DNA of 54,018 nucleotides, the filler included, from Sphacelaria rigidula (taxonomy: Eukaryota): the NCBI GenBank assembly GCA_964200075.2. It is 3 parts of 3 records of this genome, joined end to end, with 100 filler letters (N's around TTAATTAATTAA, not from the genome) between each part and the next. Parts side by side here need not be neighbours in the genome. Positions count along the whole stretch, not along the records: positions 18,044 to 35,983 come from CAXNAA020000959.1; 2 more parts are not named here. The stretch is one strand, 5' to 3'. Within the stretch, counting starts at the first letter, position 1; each line of letters starts with the position of its first letter. Position numbers and translations under genes: made by a program. This document shows positions 23,059 to 36,083 of the stretch, piece by piece. Below the pieces are notes generated by a model. The model was given only the letters and a program-made list of their open reading frames with translations, made no database searches and had not been told where the DNA came from.

Positions 23059-24254
23059 GTCTACCGACTAAAATATGAAAAATAGAAGCCCGCGACTCAT
23101 GACGAAAAAACGCATGTATGGCAGAGTAGCAGCAGCAACAACAACAGCAGCTGTCCAGATACAGTAAAAGGAAAGTGCAGTCGAGACGATTCGACATGCG
23201 GGCAAGATCACAACATGCTCCCCGTGTGCGCCGAGACTGAACGGAGAGTCGTTCCGCACAGCCCATCCAACTGAGCATGATTTCGATTCAATTTTTAAGT
23301 AAATCCACGAAGGAATGCGGTGCCTGTGTACGGTAAGAGGTGGCATCTCCGACGATCAAAGGGCCCCCCGTCCAACGAGGGCATGCAAAAACGTCAAAAT
23401 GCCATGGAAAACACAGCGCGGAAAGAGTGTGCACCCCAAACCTGAGCAGGACGGGAATGCCCCCCAATGCCCAGCGAAATGCAATCGAAGAGACTCATAC
23501 GTATAATCAGCGTAGAATCGTACTCTACAATCAAGTAAGAAGCAATGCTGGCTTCTCAGAGCTTTCGAGGAGAACGAAGTAACCGGAAAGATATGTACTC
23601 TAAGAGCAAGTGAAAAAAGTGCACCTGCCTGCCGGGCTCGCTAGTGGGAAAAAAGGATAAAACGTATTATCTGTATATTCTTTGTACATTTGAAACGGCT
23701 CTCACCGAGTTGAGGAGGCCGCTTTCATCGGATTCCCTCATCTTTGAAAAACATGATGCCGGGGGTTTTCGAGCCCTACGAAAAACCGCGAAGGGTAGGA
23801 AGTTTACCACCCATGATTTTCTCCAAATTCATATCTGTTGAAGGTTTCTAGCAATGGGATTATTTTCCGAAACACGAACGGCAGCACTTTATTTCTCGTT
23901 GTTAATAATATTCCCTCCAAATCTTATTCGGAGGCGTTCGAAAAATCCCTGAAAACCATTCTTATGACACCCGAAGGAAGAATACGAAAGGTCCTCCACT
24001 CACCTGGTGAGAGCCGTTCCGAATGTACGAAAGGACATACATATGGCTTCAGAGACCGGCGCAACAATACGCAACAAGGCAAGCTAGGGGAAGTTCTAAC
24101 TGAAAATAAAACCCCAACGCGGTACGTGCCGCAATAGATTACTCAACCCAAAGATTGTTCGGCCGAAGATATCACACGTGCACCTTGAAAAATAGATAAT
24201 TCTTCCCTCATGTCATGGAATGTTTATTTCCATTTTTGGTATTTGTCGCACGTT

Positions 24255-24537
24255 GAACCCCTTCCCTTCCTCGGGACGAGTCCGTGGTCTCAAGGGATCA
24301 ACCCGTCTTTCCGCGGTACACGCCTTGCATTTGGGTCTCGCGGATTGGGTGAGCACTCCCGTAACGCGTCAACTCACGCCAAACAAACTCAGTCAACTAC
24401 AATGTTTACTCACGCTCTCAGGCTTTCTACTATGGAGATTAGACGCTACGAAGGAGAGAACCAACGCATCGGGAATCGAACCCTCGTTCCCTCCACCCTA
24501 GTGGCGACAGTCGGACCGTCACACCACCGGGGCGCGA
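24255..24537 (-). mobile_element. tRNA-derived SINE, family B, copy 1
   Basis: Minus-strand head CCCCGGTGGTGTGACGG (A box) and GGGTTCGATTCCC (B box); body GAGTCCGTGGTCTCAAGGGATCAACC is shared with 26668-26972. Confidence 0.7.
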
Positions 24538-26667
24538 CAGGTATGCAGGACGATATTTCCTACGGTATTCCGTCAGGGGAGAATGACGATGATCTTGGCG
24601 CAGTCGTAGATGCTGGGTCGCCGGAGCCGGCAAGAACCCAGTCGCCCTGTGGAATGTTTCACTTGGTTTACGTCCTTGCCTCTGATCATCCGTGTGCGTC
24701 AACACATCGATGGGAGGATCATCGTGCGAGGTACCCAGGCTTCCCCGTGATGCTAGTGGAACTCACGGTCACTCCGGATAATAAAATAGGGCCCCGTTGT
24801 CGTCCTGCGGACTCTTGACGTGGATGAGGTGCATCCATCTGCTCATTCGTACTAGTCGACTCGTCAGTGAGTGGATGACCGCATGAGATGGCCAGGATTC
24901 CCAGAGTTACCTGATTACACGCTACGTGCCGTGGGTACAATGGATGGACGACCACGTTCCAGGTGAACGTTGTAAGTCATGGGACGCGGATGGGGTCCCT
25001 GCATTGTAGGGCAAAGTGATCAACAGGTCCGATAGTGATGGAGATAGTTCCGATAGTGCCGGCGACGCTGTCGGAACTGTCGTCACAGCAATGCGAAGCC
25101 TTGTTCTGCATGGCACCCAAACTCGTTTAACAAAATGGATGCAAGCCACAAACAGCAGGAAGGTTTATTGCACCGTCCTGGTTCTGCAAGAGCCAGATGT
25201 GCGCAAAGGTGGTGGGATCAAGAGCGCCCTCCGCTGTTCCTGTATACACGTGGTTTCAACTCATGGTTTTGTGCAAGAGAAAGAGATACTACAGCGCGGA
25301 GCGGGATCTTGTTCACTTGAAGTTTTGCGTCGGGGCGCCTTTCGATTTGATCTCCCCTCGACCCTCCTAGTCGAGGAGCGGTCGAGTCTATAGGTTACAA
25401 AAAGCACCTAACCACGTCGCTGCTGGTGTACACCTATAAAGCACCTCTGCGCCAACGCTTCTCAACAACTCCCGGCCGATGCTTTCATCACAACGTAAAG
25501 ACGAGCGATGAGTATGTCACCGACGCAGTTGACACCAAAAACGAAGTTCGGATCTTACAGAATTGAATTCATTCTCCATCCTGGCCTTCCGAAACGGCAC
25601 CAGACAGAAGGAAACTCACACCGCGTCGACGTGCGTGCAGTGCCTCTCTACACGTGAACAACCCTCATTCAAGAAAGGTCATTTGTGCCCAACCTCTTTC
25701 GCTCAACGACGCAACGAATGCACACTTTGCAGTACGTGTTTTTGTCTTGGGAAATAAATAGATGGTGAAAGGAGTGAAAGAGATGGTAAGGCCCATTTTT
25801 ATCGAAGAAATGTTTTTTGGAGAGGCTTATCTTAGGAGAGCTCCAACCGGGCGATTCTTATCGAGTTTCTGTCGTTGCTGTCAGATATCTCATGACAGGC
25901 AGTATCGATCTCGTCGTTGGCTCGCCGTCGCCGACCTGAGAACGCCACTCCGTCCAACCCACGTGGAGTCTTTTACCCTCCGACAGGGCCCACGGTGTCA
26001 CTGGCAAGGAACCTGATGATTCTCGAACGCTTGTGAGCGACACGGCGTACACACAGGACAGTTCTCGAAAGTGCTGTGTTGCGGTCCGAGTTTTTTTGAC
26101 GTCTCCAAAGATAAAGCGTGGGGGAGAATGTCAAGCCGCTTCATTTTCGAAGAACTCTGAACGCAGTGTCCGAAAAGTTTGACAGTTGTTTTCATCTCCG
26201 AAAACCTAGCGTCGATAGAAATGAGCCTAACTGCGGACGTAAGCTACACGTACCGACTGGAGTTGACTCAGTACTTCACTTTATGGTCAGATGTATCTTC
26301 ACCTGCATGCACGGATAAGGCATACATGATGACGAAAAAGAGGGTAAACTTCTATACATGGCAGTTGCGCTGCAGTCGGCGCCTCGTGTTGGGACTTGAC
26401 ATGCGAAACCCGTGTTTCGTCTCGAATCTTGGCCTGCGCCGCATCCAAGTCGTCAAGTTATGTTACCCCACGGGCGAGATCACTTCTCATCGTACCGTAC
26501 ATGTGGCGACAAAATCTTTCGAAAAGAATTCTCTAGAATCACGTGCAGTTCGAGACCGAGAAACACACTCGCATCTCATATCTTGTGGACGTGGTACACG
26601 CACATACCATGATATTTCAAGGGTGATTTCCCGCGACTGTTTGAGTTTGTTTTCTCGTCTCACTTAT

Positions 26668-26972
26668 ATTCCCTACCCTTCCTCGAGAAGAGTCCGTGGT
26701 CTCAAGGGATCAACCTATATCTCCCCCGGCACACGCCCTACATTTTGATATTGCGGATTGGATTATGACCAAACACTCCCGCACCGCGTCGACGGCTGTC
26801 TGACAAACTCAGTCACACAGAATATTTGCGCAACTCTGATACTCACGTTTTCAACGACGGAAATGTGATTTTTTTTCTGAGCAAAAAGCCGGACCAGACG
26901 CACCTGTTCGATATAAAATTCGCGTTTGTCGACCTAGTGGTATCAGTTGTGTCAGCAGACCACCGGGGCGCA
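26668..26972 (-). mobile_element. SINE family B, copy 2 (degenerate B box)
   Basis: Collinear similarity with 24255-24537 from CCCTTCCTCG to ACCACCGGGGCGC. Confidence 0.65.
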
Positions 26973-29900
26973 GCGGTGTACCTTGACAAAAAATAAAAAT
27001 GAAAAAAACACATAAATCGAGATCGAGATCGAAAACGAAATCGAAGTCGAACCTATTTTTCGATTTCGATGTTGCAGTTATTTGGGTCGGGCACCGGCAG
27101 CGAAAATGCTTTGGAAGCGTTCAAAGAGTAGTTTCCTATAATCACGTTCATTTCGACACCAAAAAATGCATTCGCATTTCATTTCTACTGGAGGTGGTAC
27201 CCCGGGGTTCTGTGAGTTTAGAAGGATGTTTCTTGCGCGATCCCTTAGGAAGTGTATTGACAAAAATTGGCGTAACTCGACGCCGAAATCACATTCGATT
27301 TTCTCTTGACGATGTTGCAATAATTGGGTCCGGCACCGTCAACAAACATGCTCCAAATATGTATGAGATTTGGGCCCATAACGACCTACAGATGACACGC
27401 CACAGCCGGTCCACGGGGGCCAAGCGCTGGTCAAGAGTGTTGCACTACTGTACCTCAAACAGTGCTTGATGCCCCTCACAAGATCTTATGCCATCGTATA
27501 TAGTGTTCTTGTTTTGGCTTCAATTTGTCAGTAAATGAGATTACGAAGAATGAGTCTGCAAAACAGCACACCACAAGTAGTGGCAAAACTGCGATAATAA
27601 TAGACAACGCTGCAGGCTGCGATAACACATCTTCTGACACTTTCTGCTCGCCTGCTTAAACTAGGTAGGTGCTCGTCTCCTCCGCCGAGGGAAACCGTCA
27701 GGTATAATCTTCCGTGCTTCGAATACTGAGGGCGGCAATTTGACTTCCAGGCCTCCCACGTGCGATGCCTTTAACGTCCTCCTGCGTCTTACCGAACTGA
27801 CACTCATTCCTTGCAGCCATGTTCTTCTGATGCAAATCACAAATGTGCGCATGTTTCAGGCCCCTGAATTTATGCTAATCAGCGGAAAATCTAGCAAGCA
27901 CGTGCCCGGGTTGGGGGAAAATCTGCATGCGAATTCCATACAGCAAAGGAACCCCGCGCACGACTTGACTCCGAGTCCCCACGACGACAGTGAGGACCAT
28001 CGGTACCCTTACATACACCGACACCGTGAGGCCGATGCAGTGCAGGGGCTTCTGTTGCCGTCTAACTGCTAACATGTACGGCCTCCTAATTGGCAATGTA
28101 ACTTACGCCTCATCGGAGGAGAGGAGCATAAATTACAGTGCATATTAATACCTTTGATTTGCACATGCTTGTATCGACATCTAGCTTTCATCATTTGCGC
28201 CCCAAGAGTAGCTGTTAGAACTGGCCTTGACTGTACTGCTCTGCCTGAGATGCTCGTGTGCGACATTTGCCTATCTTTGTTCACGTAGGTTACCAACCAG
28301 TGACGCCCGTGCTACATGCTCAAAGTGTCACACGGTACGAGAGCAGTTGACGATTATGATGACACTGTGTCTGCAGCAGCTATCGTCACCTCTAAAATTG
28401 CAATATGATACATAGTTCCCAGCAGAGTTTGCGCGATAGTGTCGCATCTAATTTCCACAGTTGGGACATATGTGGTACTTTATTTTGGTGTAGTAGGACC
28501 ATCAGGTTCGGATCTCTGTAGTTCTCATACTATGGTCTCGAGTACCGCCTTCGTGCGCAGCACCGCGTTTTTCCTTTAAACTCAGCGCCTATGGCCGACG
28601 CACCCTTGCCCAGGACACCATATGCAATGCCTTGCCCAAGGCTTCGTGGAATACCTTGGGTTGGGGTATAAGGTTGGGCTTTGCGAGCGTTACGTTCATA
28701 ACGCGTAAATTGTGGTGATATGACGACGAACTCCCATGAATCCGCCTCCAATGACCCGAGCGACTCCTGCCCCGAGTGTTTCTCCTTTCCCGTTTTTTGT
28801 ACCCACCCGTATTCCAAGTAAATGAAAGCACAATTGTGTTCAGTGCGTCGGAGAGGGCAAAGCACAACCGCCCGTGAGCCGCGTTCGGCGCGATCTACCT
28901 TTGACCTGCTACTTTGGACGCAAGCGTCGGCTACAAGTTCCTCATGGCCGCCGTTCTGCCGGCGTATGCGGCTTTCCCTTTCCACCCCACCGCTTTGGCC
29001 GGCACTCTGGAAACGGTCTGCGAAGAAACTTTTGCGGAGTTGGAACACTGGATAGATAGATACGTTGGGAAAATATTGTGGTAAAGTCAGTCGGCGATGT
29101 GTTTTTTTCTGTCATGAGCATATCAAATCGTCGGAGGGCTGCTATACGGCCTCATTGTTTCGAAGAAGATGGGGACAATTTGGCTTTGCTCCTCGATACG
29201 GTTGCGTTGTGATTGATATTTCTTCTGACTAACCAGAACAGATGACATGCCACCTCCGCTTCGTATTACGCCGGATGATCGCTACCATTGCCCCGCAGCA
29301 TCATAGCAGCGTGTACCATATCATTTTCCTCACGTACTACAGCTTTGTACTGCACTGTGAACATGGATTTTGCGTCGCCGTCCTGTCCGGCAGGTTTCAT
29401 TCATCCGTAAATTTTCACTCATGTCCTCATCGTACCATCACCTAACTTCGGCATCAGAACATGGAAGATTCTGCGTTCTTCTTCTTAGTTCTTCCACGTA
29501 TGGTATCCATTGCTGCACGCAAGCTCCCTCACCGCAGATGCCCCGCTTGGGTCGGCGCAAAGATACATGACGTTGCTGATTCTCGGATTTTCTGATAGAC
29601 GTTTTTCTTAAAATCGCTCCAGACACTTTCTTCCATCACACTCTGTACATGGGGAAGGTTGTTGTAACAGTATTGGTATTACTTTTGTGAGTCATTATCA
29701 CTATTCATAAGAGCGTGACGAAAGTTTCTGTTCTGCGAGCTCGTTGGCTTCGATTTCATCATGTTCCGACCCAAAATATACGAGCGTTGTGCGTTTCATA
29801 GTATTTCCCTCCCGCTGTATACCGGTCCCTGCTACGGTCATGCGGTATTGGACGCTGCGTCGTTGTGATTAGTACTTCTTCCCCTCGAACAAATCTATGA

Positions 29901-30199
29901 AATCCACGTTTCCTCTACCGCTTCGCCCGTTGTTGCCGAGGCACAAACGTGTAGAGCTTACTTATGTTTTGTTATTGACCTTTTTGCAGCGTATATAGTC
30001 TTCCTCTTGCGTTCCTTAGCGATTGAAGGGTGCATTTATACATGAATCGTACCGACGAGCTCAATGGTGGGTATATGAGACATTGCGTTATCATTGGTCT
30101 TTCTCTTGTGCGTGGCCCTTCGTGGCCGTCAGGTATCTTTCGAGTAAATATATACGCCATAAGAAATGCTCCTCTCCGCTGAATTTTCGCCAGTAACAG

Positions 30200-30554
30200 C
30201 CCATGAGCCCTTACTACTAGCGACTGCGTAGAAACGGTAAATTTCCATAATCTTCCCTCGGTTTCAGGGTAGCATTTGAATTTCCGCACACATGTTGAGT
30301 ACGTGCCCAGGGCGCTCTGCGTGCTGCAAAATCCCTTGCGATGTCCCGTCCTTAATACCGGACGAATGTTCTTTCCCGCTGCATTTTTCTCGAGTAGAGG
30401 CTCATGAACCCTTGTCACTAGCGACTGCGTAAAAACGGTGAATTCCTATTATCTACCTCGGTTTCAGTGTAGCACTGGAAGTTCCGCACACATGCTGAGC
30501 ACGTAGCCAGGGCGCTCTGCATGCTTCAATACTCCTTCCGATATCCCGTCCTTA
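30200..30554. repeat. Diverged tandem duplication, ~200-bp period, ~155-bp homologous block
   Basis: 30200-30354 vs 30401-30554 share CTAGCGACTGCGTA, CCTCGGTTTCAG, TTCCGCACACATG, CCAGGGCGCTCTGC and TCCCGTCCTTA. Confidence 0.85.
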
Positions 30555-31599
30555 TTATCGCACGCATGCTGTATCAACGATCGCGTCGATCTCAGCGCAT
30601 TGTGTACGTGACTTACGGAGCAATCGCAGCTTTCGAAATCCCTGTGTTTCCGCTGTCCTTTACCTGGTTTCACGTCAAGTTTTGTGTCTCGCCCTTGTCT
30701 GCCCGAAGTCATCCCTTACATGTACTGCTGTTTCTCATAAAATTAGTTCATTATACTTGTACTAGACTTACTTCTTCCAAGAACGTCACAAGAATGCCAA
30801 ACTAGGAATCCACGTGCGCTCGCTGCGTTGATAAAAACGTAGCTCGGAAAGGCCTCTACTGTAAATGCACCCGCACACAGTCCAGTGTGCTGAATCCATC
30901 CCGTGTTCTTATTGCCAACCCCTCGTAAAAAGAATAGGTTATTGTCGACGGGTCTCAACTTCCAGCTACTCAAACGTCGAGATGTTACAACCCTTTGACC
31001 GAGAGGGTCAAAGGAAATGACAGACCATGTTATACCCTTCGAGCTGGGCGGGTAGTTCGTATAATCGCCATCATTTACATTTGAAAAATGAGGTTAGGAA
31101 TCTGATGCGCTACCTTGGTTGTCAAGGTTTGAGGAACTGAACTACTGGCCGTTATTTCAGTCGGTAGATAAAGTTAATGCTTTTATCTACATAGTATTGT
31201 GCACCGTCTGTTTCCGTTACGTCACACAAAGGACCGTAGGGGAGTGCAGGGATCATCAGAGGAGGCTAGAAATCAAGAACAGTGTCAGTATTGCGTAAAA
31301 CATCATTGATAAGACCCGCCCGCAGTGGCGTGGTTGCACATCTAATTGGCAGCAGCCGAGCTACTTGTGTGTGACAGGTTGCCTCTTTTCTGTTGCTGCC
31401 GACGGGGTCACTTGACAAGTCGCCCCGGTCTCCAACGGTGCAGCTTTCGACGATGAACTACTACGTTCGGGCGCCTCAATCTTTATGAGTTAGACACCTT
31501 GGGTCGGAGATGGGGAGAAGGGGGGGGAGGGCGTAGTCATTTGTTGCTTGCTTTAGTCGTTTGACCATTGACCACGCATCCCTTCCGAGACGGTGGGGA

Positions 31600-31800
31600 T
31601 GGGGGGAGAACCAGCTTGGCATGGTAGAAGAACAGTGCAGATTCTGGCGCCCACGATTGACCACTGATATGAATTTCGTGGCACACCGACTGCAGGAGCT
31701 AGAATGGGCAAGCAAAACCCCACTGAACATGTGCTTCATCAAATCTGCAGAAGTCACACGACTTCGAAGACCGCACAACCCTGTAGGAAGTGCTTCTCCT
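31600..31800 (+). pseudogene. Highly degenerate RTE LINE reverse-transcriptase fragment
   Basis: EEQCRFWRPRLTTDMNFVAHRLQELEWASKTPLNMCFI aligns by eye with [31 protein letters not shown] of the LINE at 18.6-18.7 kb. Confidence 0.75.
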
Positions 31801-33960
31801 TTTCGGAGGACCACCACGGCTGATCAGGATCACCCATATGTTCCACGATGATATGTGGTAAAAGCGGATGATAGTGATCCATCAGCGTGGTAACGTGTGT
31901 AAGTGCTGGAGGTCGAGAGGGGTGCGGAGCAGTCCGAGGAAGCGTGGCGACGCGGAGGCCTCCACCAATCCATCTTACATCACAAACAAGGGCTGTGGGG
32001 TTGAGAATCGCCAACAGGAGCGGCGTCACCCGTGAAACAACAATGGCAACAGCTCGCGAGAAATCCAAAATTGAAATGACAGAGGGTGACCCGCTTTGTA
32101 TCTGACTAGGGACAAGTGGGAGAGGCGAGTGCAACGCGAAACTCTCATCCCTGTCTTTTCTTTACGTTGTTAACTTCGTCCCTGACCTTCCAGCTCTAGC
32201 AACGTTGACTAACGGTATCCCAGTACAAAATCTGCTCTGTTTGTGGGTCTCTATTTATCTTCTTCATCTTCTTCATCTTCCGCTCTCTCTGTTCCTCTCT
32301 TCTCCCCTCTCTTCCTCTCTCTTCTCTGTTCTTCCCTCCCTGCCATCCTTTATCTCGTTTCGTTTTGTTCTCTTTTGAATGCTGAAGTCGTGTTTGTGTC
32401 TCACTCCTACAGAGCTCGCGGATGAGAGTTCATGGTCAAATAGTGTGCTTCAAAAGCAGGCGATTCGCAACGTGTGGCCACGACCTTCTTCCCCCTCCGT
32501 TTTCGTTCGGTTCGATCTTGCATGTCGTCCTACCCGAAGCCACGCAGCAGGGGCCGGCTCTTGTGGATTTTGTTGTGTGTATCCCTGCACGCGGGATCAG
32601 AGGCCGACTCCACCGAGGTTAGTCGGATCCAGGAAGTCGGAAAGCTTGGCCAGCAGAAGTACAGCAGTACGTTGGAGCAGAAGACAATGGTTCGATGTTG
32701 TAAACAAGGCGCTTGCGGCCAACACAAACAGTTAAAACAGACAGACACAAGCTGCTGATTGCCCAGGTAGAACGGTGCTCCTAGAGGTGATAAGGAACCC
32801 AGACAAACCAAGAAGGTAAACAAGGAGTGAGCTCGAACACCGGGCACAGCTCATCAACATCTGCTTTACAGACGTTGGCATATTCCCCCACAGACGCTAC
32901 ATGCCAACCCGCACATATTATACCGACTGTACTTTATAGCCACACTACAACAATGAGCAACGCATGAACAGTGCTACTATATATTGACTACATGGAGGAA
33001 TATGTAGACGATTCCGTAGCACTCCCCTTCGATGAAAGTTGCCTGTGAAGTGCGATACCCATTGTTAAATAAACACCAACATGCTTCTTACTAATTATAC
33101 ACATGAACAGAGTTGCCAAATGTTCATCCTCCGAAGTTCTTGATCCTGTCGACAAGGAAACGAAAACGATGCTTGCTCGAAAACTTGGTTCCGATGTCGG
33201 CGAGTTGATGCTCCGTGGGAATATAATGAATGGTTATTTTGCCCTCCTTGACCATCTCTCTGATGTAGAAGAAACGTACAGCGATGTGCTTCGTGCGAGA
33301 ACTGTACGCCTCATTGCCGATGACATGAAGAGTGGCCATATTATCGATGTGTAACGACACTTGTCCAAACTGATGTCCAAGACTCAACTCGGTCCTCGTG
33401 TTCAAGCAAAACACAGCTTCCTTCACTGTCAGAGCTGCAGCCACCAGTTCTACCTCCATGTTCGACATCGCTGTCAGGCTCTGAATTTCTGACTTGAAGC
33501 TTACGGGCGCCTTATACATCATCATGAGATAAGCTGAGCTCGATTTACCATTATCAGGGTTGTTACCCCCAGTTTGCATCCGAAAACGCAATGAGCTTAA
33601 ATCCTCCTCGCTCGTATATGATGTTAAACGCCTTTGTTCCAGCAAGATACCGTAAAAGATGCTTCGCAGCGCCCATGTGAACTTTGATTGGCTTCGACAT
33701 TGCACGAGCAAGCTGGCAAGATGCATACATCACGTCGTAACGTGTGATCTGCGCTAGGTACATAACAGAACCTGTTATGGCCTGATACTTCTGAGTTTTT
33801 CATTCGCTGAGAAGAGTCTTCTCCGGTTGTTCCGTACACAACTCCGAACCAAATCTCGGGGTGTACACAGGCTTGCAGTGTTACATTTCAAATGATGCAA
33901 GAATTGATCTTGTATACTCCTCCTGAGTGATGGTGAGCGTACCTTCTTCACGATCGCGCA

Positions 33961-34386
33961 CTCAAACGAGGCGTTGTCCTCATCTGCCGGGAGATGGGCA
34001 CTCCCCACTTGTGCAAAATTGGCTTGAGGAGGCGTTTGAGTCTTCAGTTTCGCTTGCGCGTGACATTCATCATCGGAATGGGTCTTCGATCGGTGATACG
34101 AACACCACTTGTCGCCACCGCCACCTTCCTTGGAGGGTTTCTTCTTGTCATGTTTGGGGTGATGCTGTTGGGTAGGTTCCGGGCAATCACGCCGGCGGTG
34201 TCCATGATTTTTGTATTTGTAACATTGGACACTGTCGGGCGCAGCTGCCATTTTTGTATTTGAAGACCCATTCCGATGATGAATGTCACGCGCAAGCGAA
34301 ACTGAAGAATCAAACGCCTCCTCAAGCCAATTTTGCACAAGTGGGGAGTGCCCATCTCCCGGCAGACGAGGACGACTCCTCGTTTG
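33961..34386. repeat. ~125-bp inverted duplication of gag 3' sequence inside the copia element
   Basis: 33961-34087 is the near-perfect reverse complement of 34262-34386; the ORF track shows KTHSDDECHAQAKLK..ANFAQVGSAHLPADED on both strands. Confidence 0.92.
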
Positions 34387-35134
34387 GGAAAATTTCTCCC
34401 ATTTCTTGCAATCGAGCACGCAAATCGTCCATCTTCGACAAAAAGTCGGAAGGGTCCTCGGCCGAATTCATCACTGTAGAAAAGAGCTTTTTTCGGCATG
34501 CACGACGGGTTTCCTTTGTATTCCCGTCAAATCTATCGTCGAGCGCTTTCCACGCCGCCGCTCCGTTTCCAAGAGATCCAGCTGCAGAAGTCGCTTCGTG
34601 CGCTTTTACAGTTCTGTGTACGGATCCTTCTGTTGCGAAGTATAAAAGTGAGAGAAGGTTTCCGTTCGCTCGGTCCCATTTAGCGACATCTTCACTATTC
34701 GTGGCCGAGGGATGAGGACGCGGAGTCCCGTCCAAAACTGCCAGTACTTTGAGCAAATGAAAGCCGATAGCCTGACGCATTTTCAACTTCCATCCGCGAT
34801 ACCCAGGGCCCAAGCATTTCGATATAAACTGTAATGTGCTATGTAAGGAAGACGATTCCGCCATGACTGCACGCCCGGAGATCCGATGAACCTGATGAGC
34901 TCCACGGGCGCGTAATATTGTCTAAAGTAAGTAGAGTCCCCCCTGAAAGTGATTCAGAGAAGCTGTAAAGTTAGTTTGTGTACGTACTGACCGACCGCAG
35001 GTGGCTAAGCTGCGGTGTTGTGACGCCGGAGTTGCCAACTCCGGCCACGTCCTACAGGCACACTGGTCAGATGTACTGCTCAGACACTACACCTCCAGTG
35101 TAGGCTTGACTTGGCGCCACAACACCTGCTCCGG

Positions 35135-35427
35135 CACGGGCGGCCACTGGGGTCTGTAACCTGGCCTTTTTGGGACCTTATCCACATTTGGTAAGGTCCG
35201 CGGATTAGGTGGACAACTGAAGAGCATTCGCACAGCATGGACAGGTTCGAAACAAAACATGTTCCAGTCTACAGGGGAGTCACCCGCCTATAGACTGGGA
35301 CATATTTTGTTTCGATCCTGTCCATGCTGTGCGAATGCTCCTCAGTTGTCTACCCAATCCGCGGACCTTACCAAATGTGGATAAGGTCCCAGGATGGCCA
35401 GGTTACAGACCCCAGTGGCCACCCGTG
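35135..35427. repeat. Long near-perfect fold-back (~140-bp arms, short loop) in the copia 5' leader
   Basis: GGCCACTGGGGTCTGTAACCTGGCC..CCAGTCTACAGG pairs with CCTATAGACTGG..GGCCAGGTTACAGACCCCAGTGGCC. Confidence 0.93.
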
Positions 35428-35983
35428 AGTGTAGGCTACACCCTGTAAAGTGTGGGCTTAATTCGGCTGACAAACACGGTGTTACGGTGCTATCAGGCCA
35501 AAGTCTGACTCTCAGCAGACTTTGCTGCGCGGTTTGTACGCAGGCTCTGTTTCGAGGTTTGTTACAGATCTCAAGTGTGCAAGGCTCTATGCGCCGCCCG
35601 AAAGCGGCTCGTAGACACAATGCCCCCCGAATGCTCTACACAGATAGAACGTACCGTGTCCTTATCTTGTGCAGTCTTGAACGCCGAGTGATCAATCCGC
35701 GCCCAACAGCAAGCGGGTTGACTCAAAGTAAACCCCCAACCAAAGGCTCAGTCAGTCTCTGTCTTGTGCTGCAAAACCAACTGCAGCTTCCAAACAATTC
35801 CTCGCGAGGCTCATAACCTCTTGTGGATTTTGTTGTGTGTATCCCTGCACGCGGGTTCAGAGGCCGACTCCACCGAGGTTAGTCGGATCCAGGAAGTCGG
35901 AAAGCTTGGCCAGCAGAAGTACAGCAGTACGTTGGAGCAGAAGACAATGGTTCGATGTTGTAAACAAGGCGCTTGCGGCCAAC

Positions 35984-36083
35984 NNNNNNNNNNNNNNNNN
36001 NNNNNNNNNNNNNNNNNNNNNNNNNNNTTAATTAATTAANNNNNNNNNNNNNNNNNNNNNNNNNNNNNNNNNNNNNNNNNNNN
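35984..36083. other. Assembly gap with artificial TTAATTAATTAA linker
   Basis: 44 N + linker + 44 N. Confidence 0.95.

Larger units (their letters stand above)
32562..35983 (-). mobile_element. Ty1/copia LTR retrotransposon, internally deleted (gag part plus RT C-terminus/RNase H; no protease or integrase)
   Basis: 3' LTR 32562-33021 (TG..CA) preceded on minus by PPT GAAGGGGAG; 5' LTR 35822-35983 cut by the gap; PBS GGTTATGAGCC at 35808-35818. gag from 34864 (KWDRANGNL..AWKALDDRF, decayed knuckle CYKYKNHGHRRRDC). RT/RNase H 33960-33124 (GSVMYLAQITRYD, AFSDANWG, IDN, RTKHIAVRFFYIRE, QLADIGTK). Confidence 0.93.

Noticed and set aside
25563-25757. Cys-rich peptide like a piggyBac transposase C-terminus
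   Set aside because: Spacing only loosely similar and no DDD core recognisable upstream.
28845-29058. Protein-like frame (YKFLMAAVLPAYAAFPFHPTALAGTLETVCEETFAELEHW)
   Set aside because: Two in-frame TGA stops, no family or partner exons identified.
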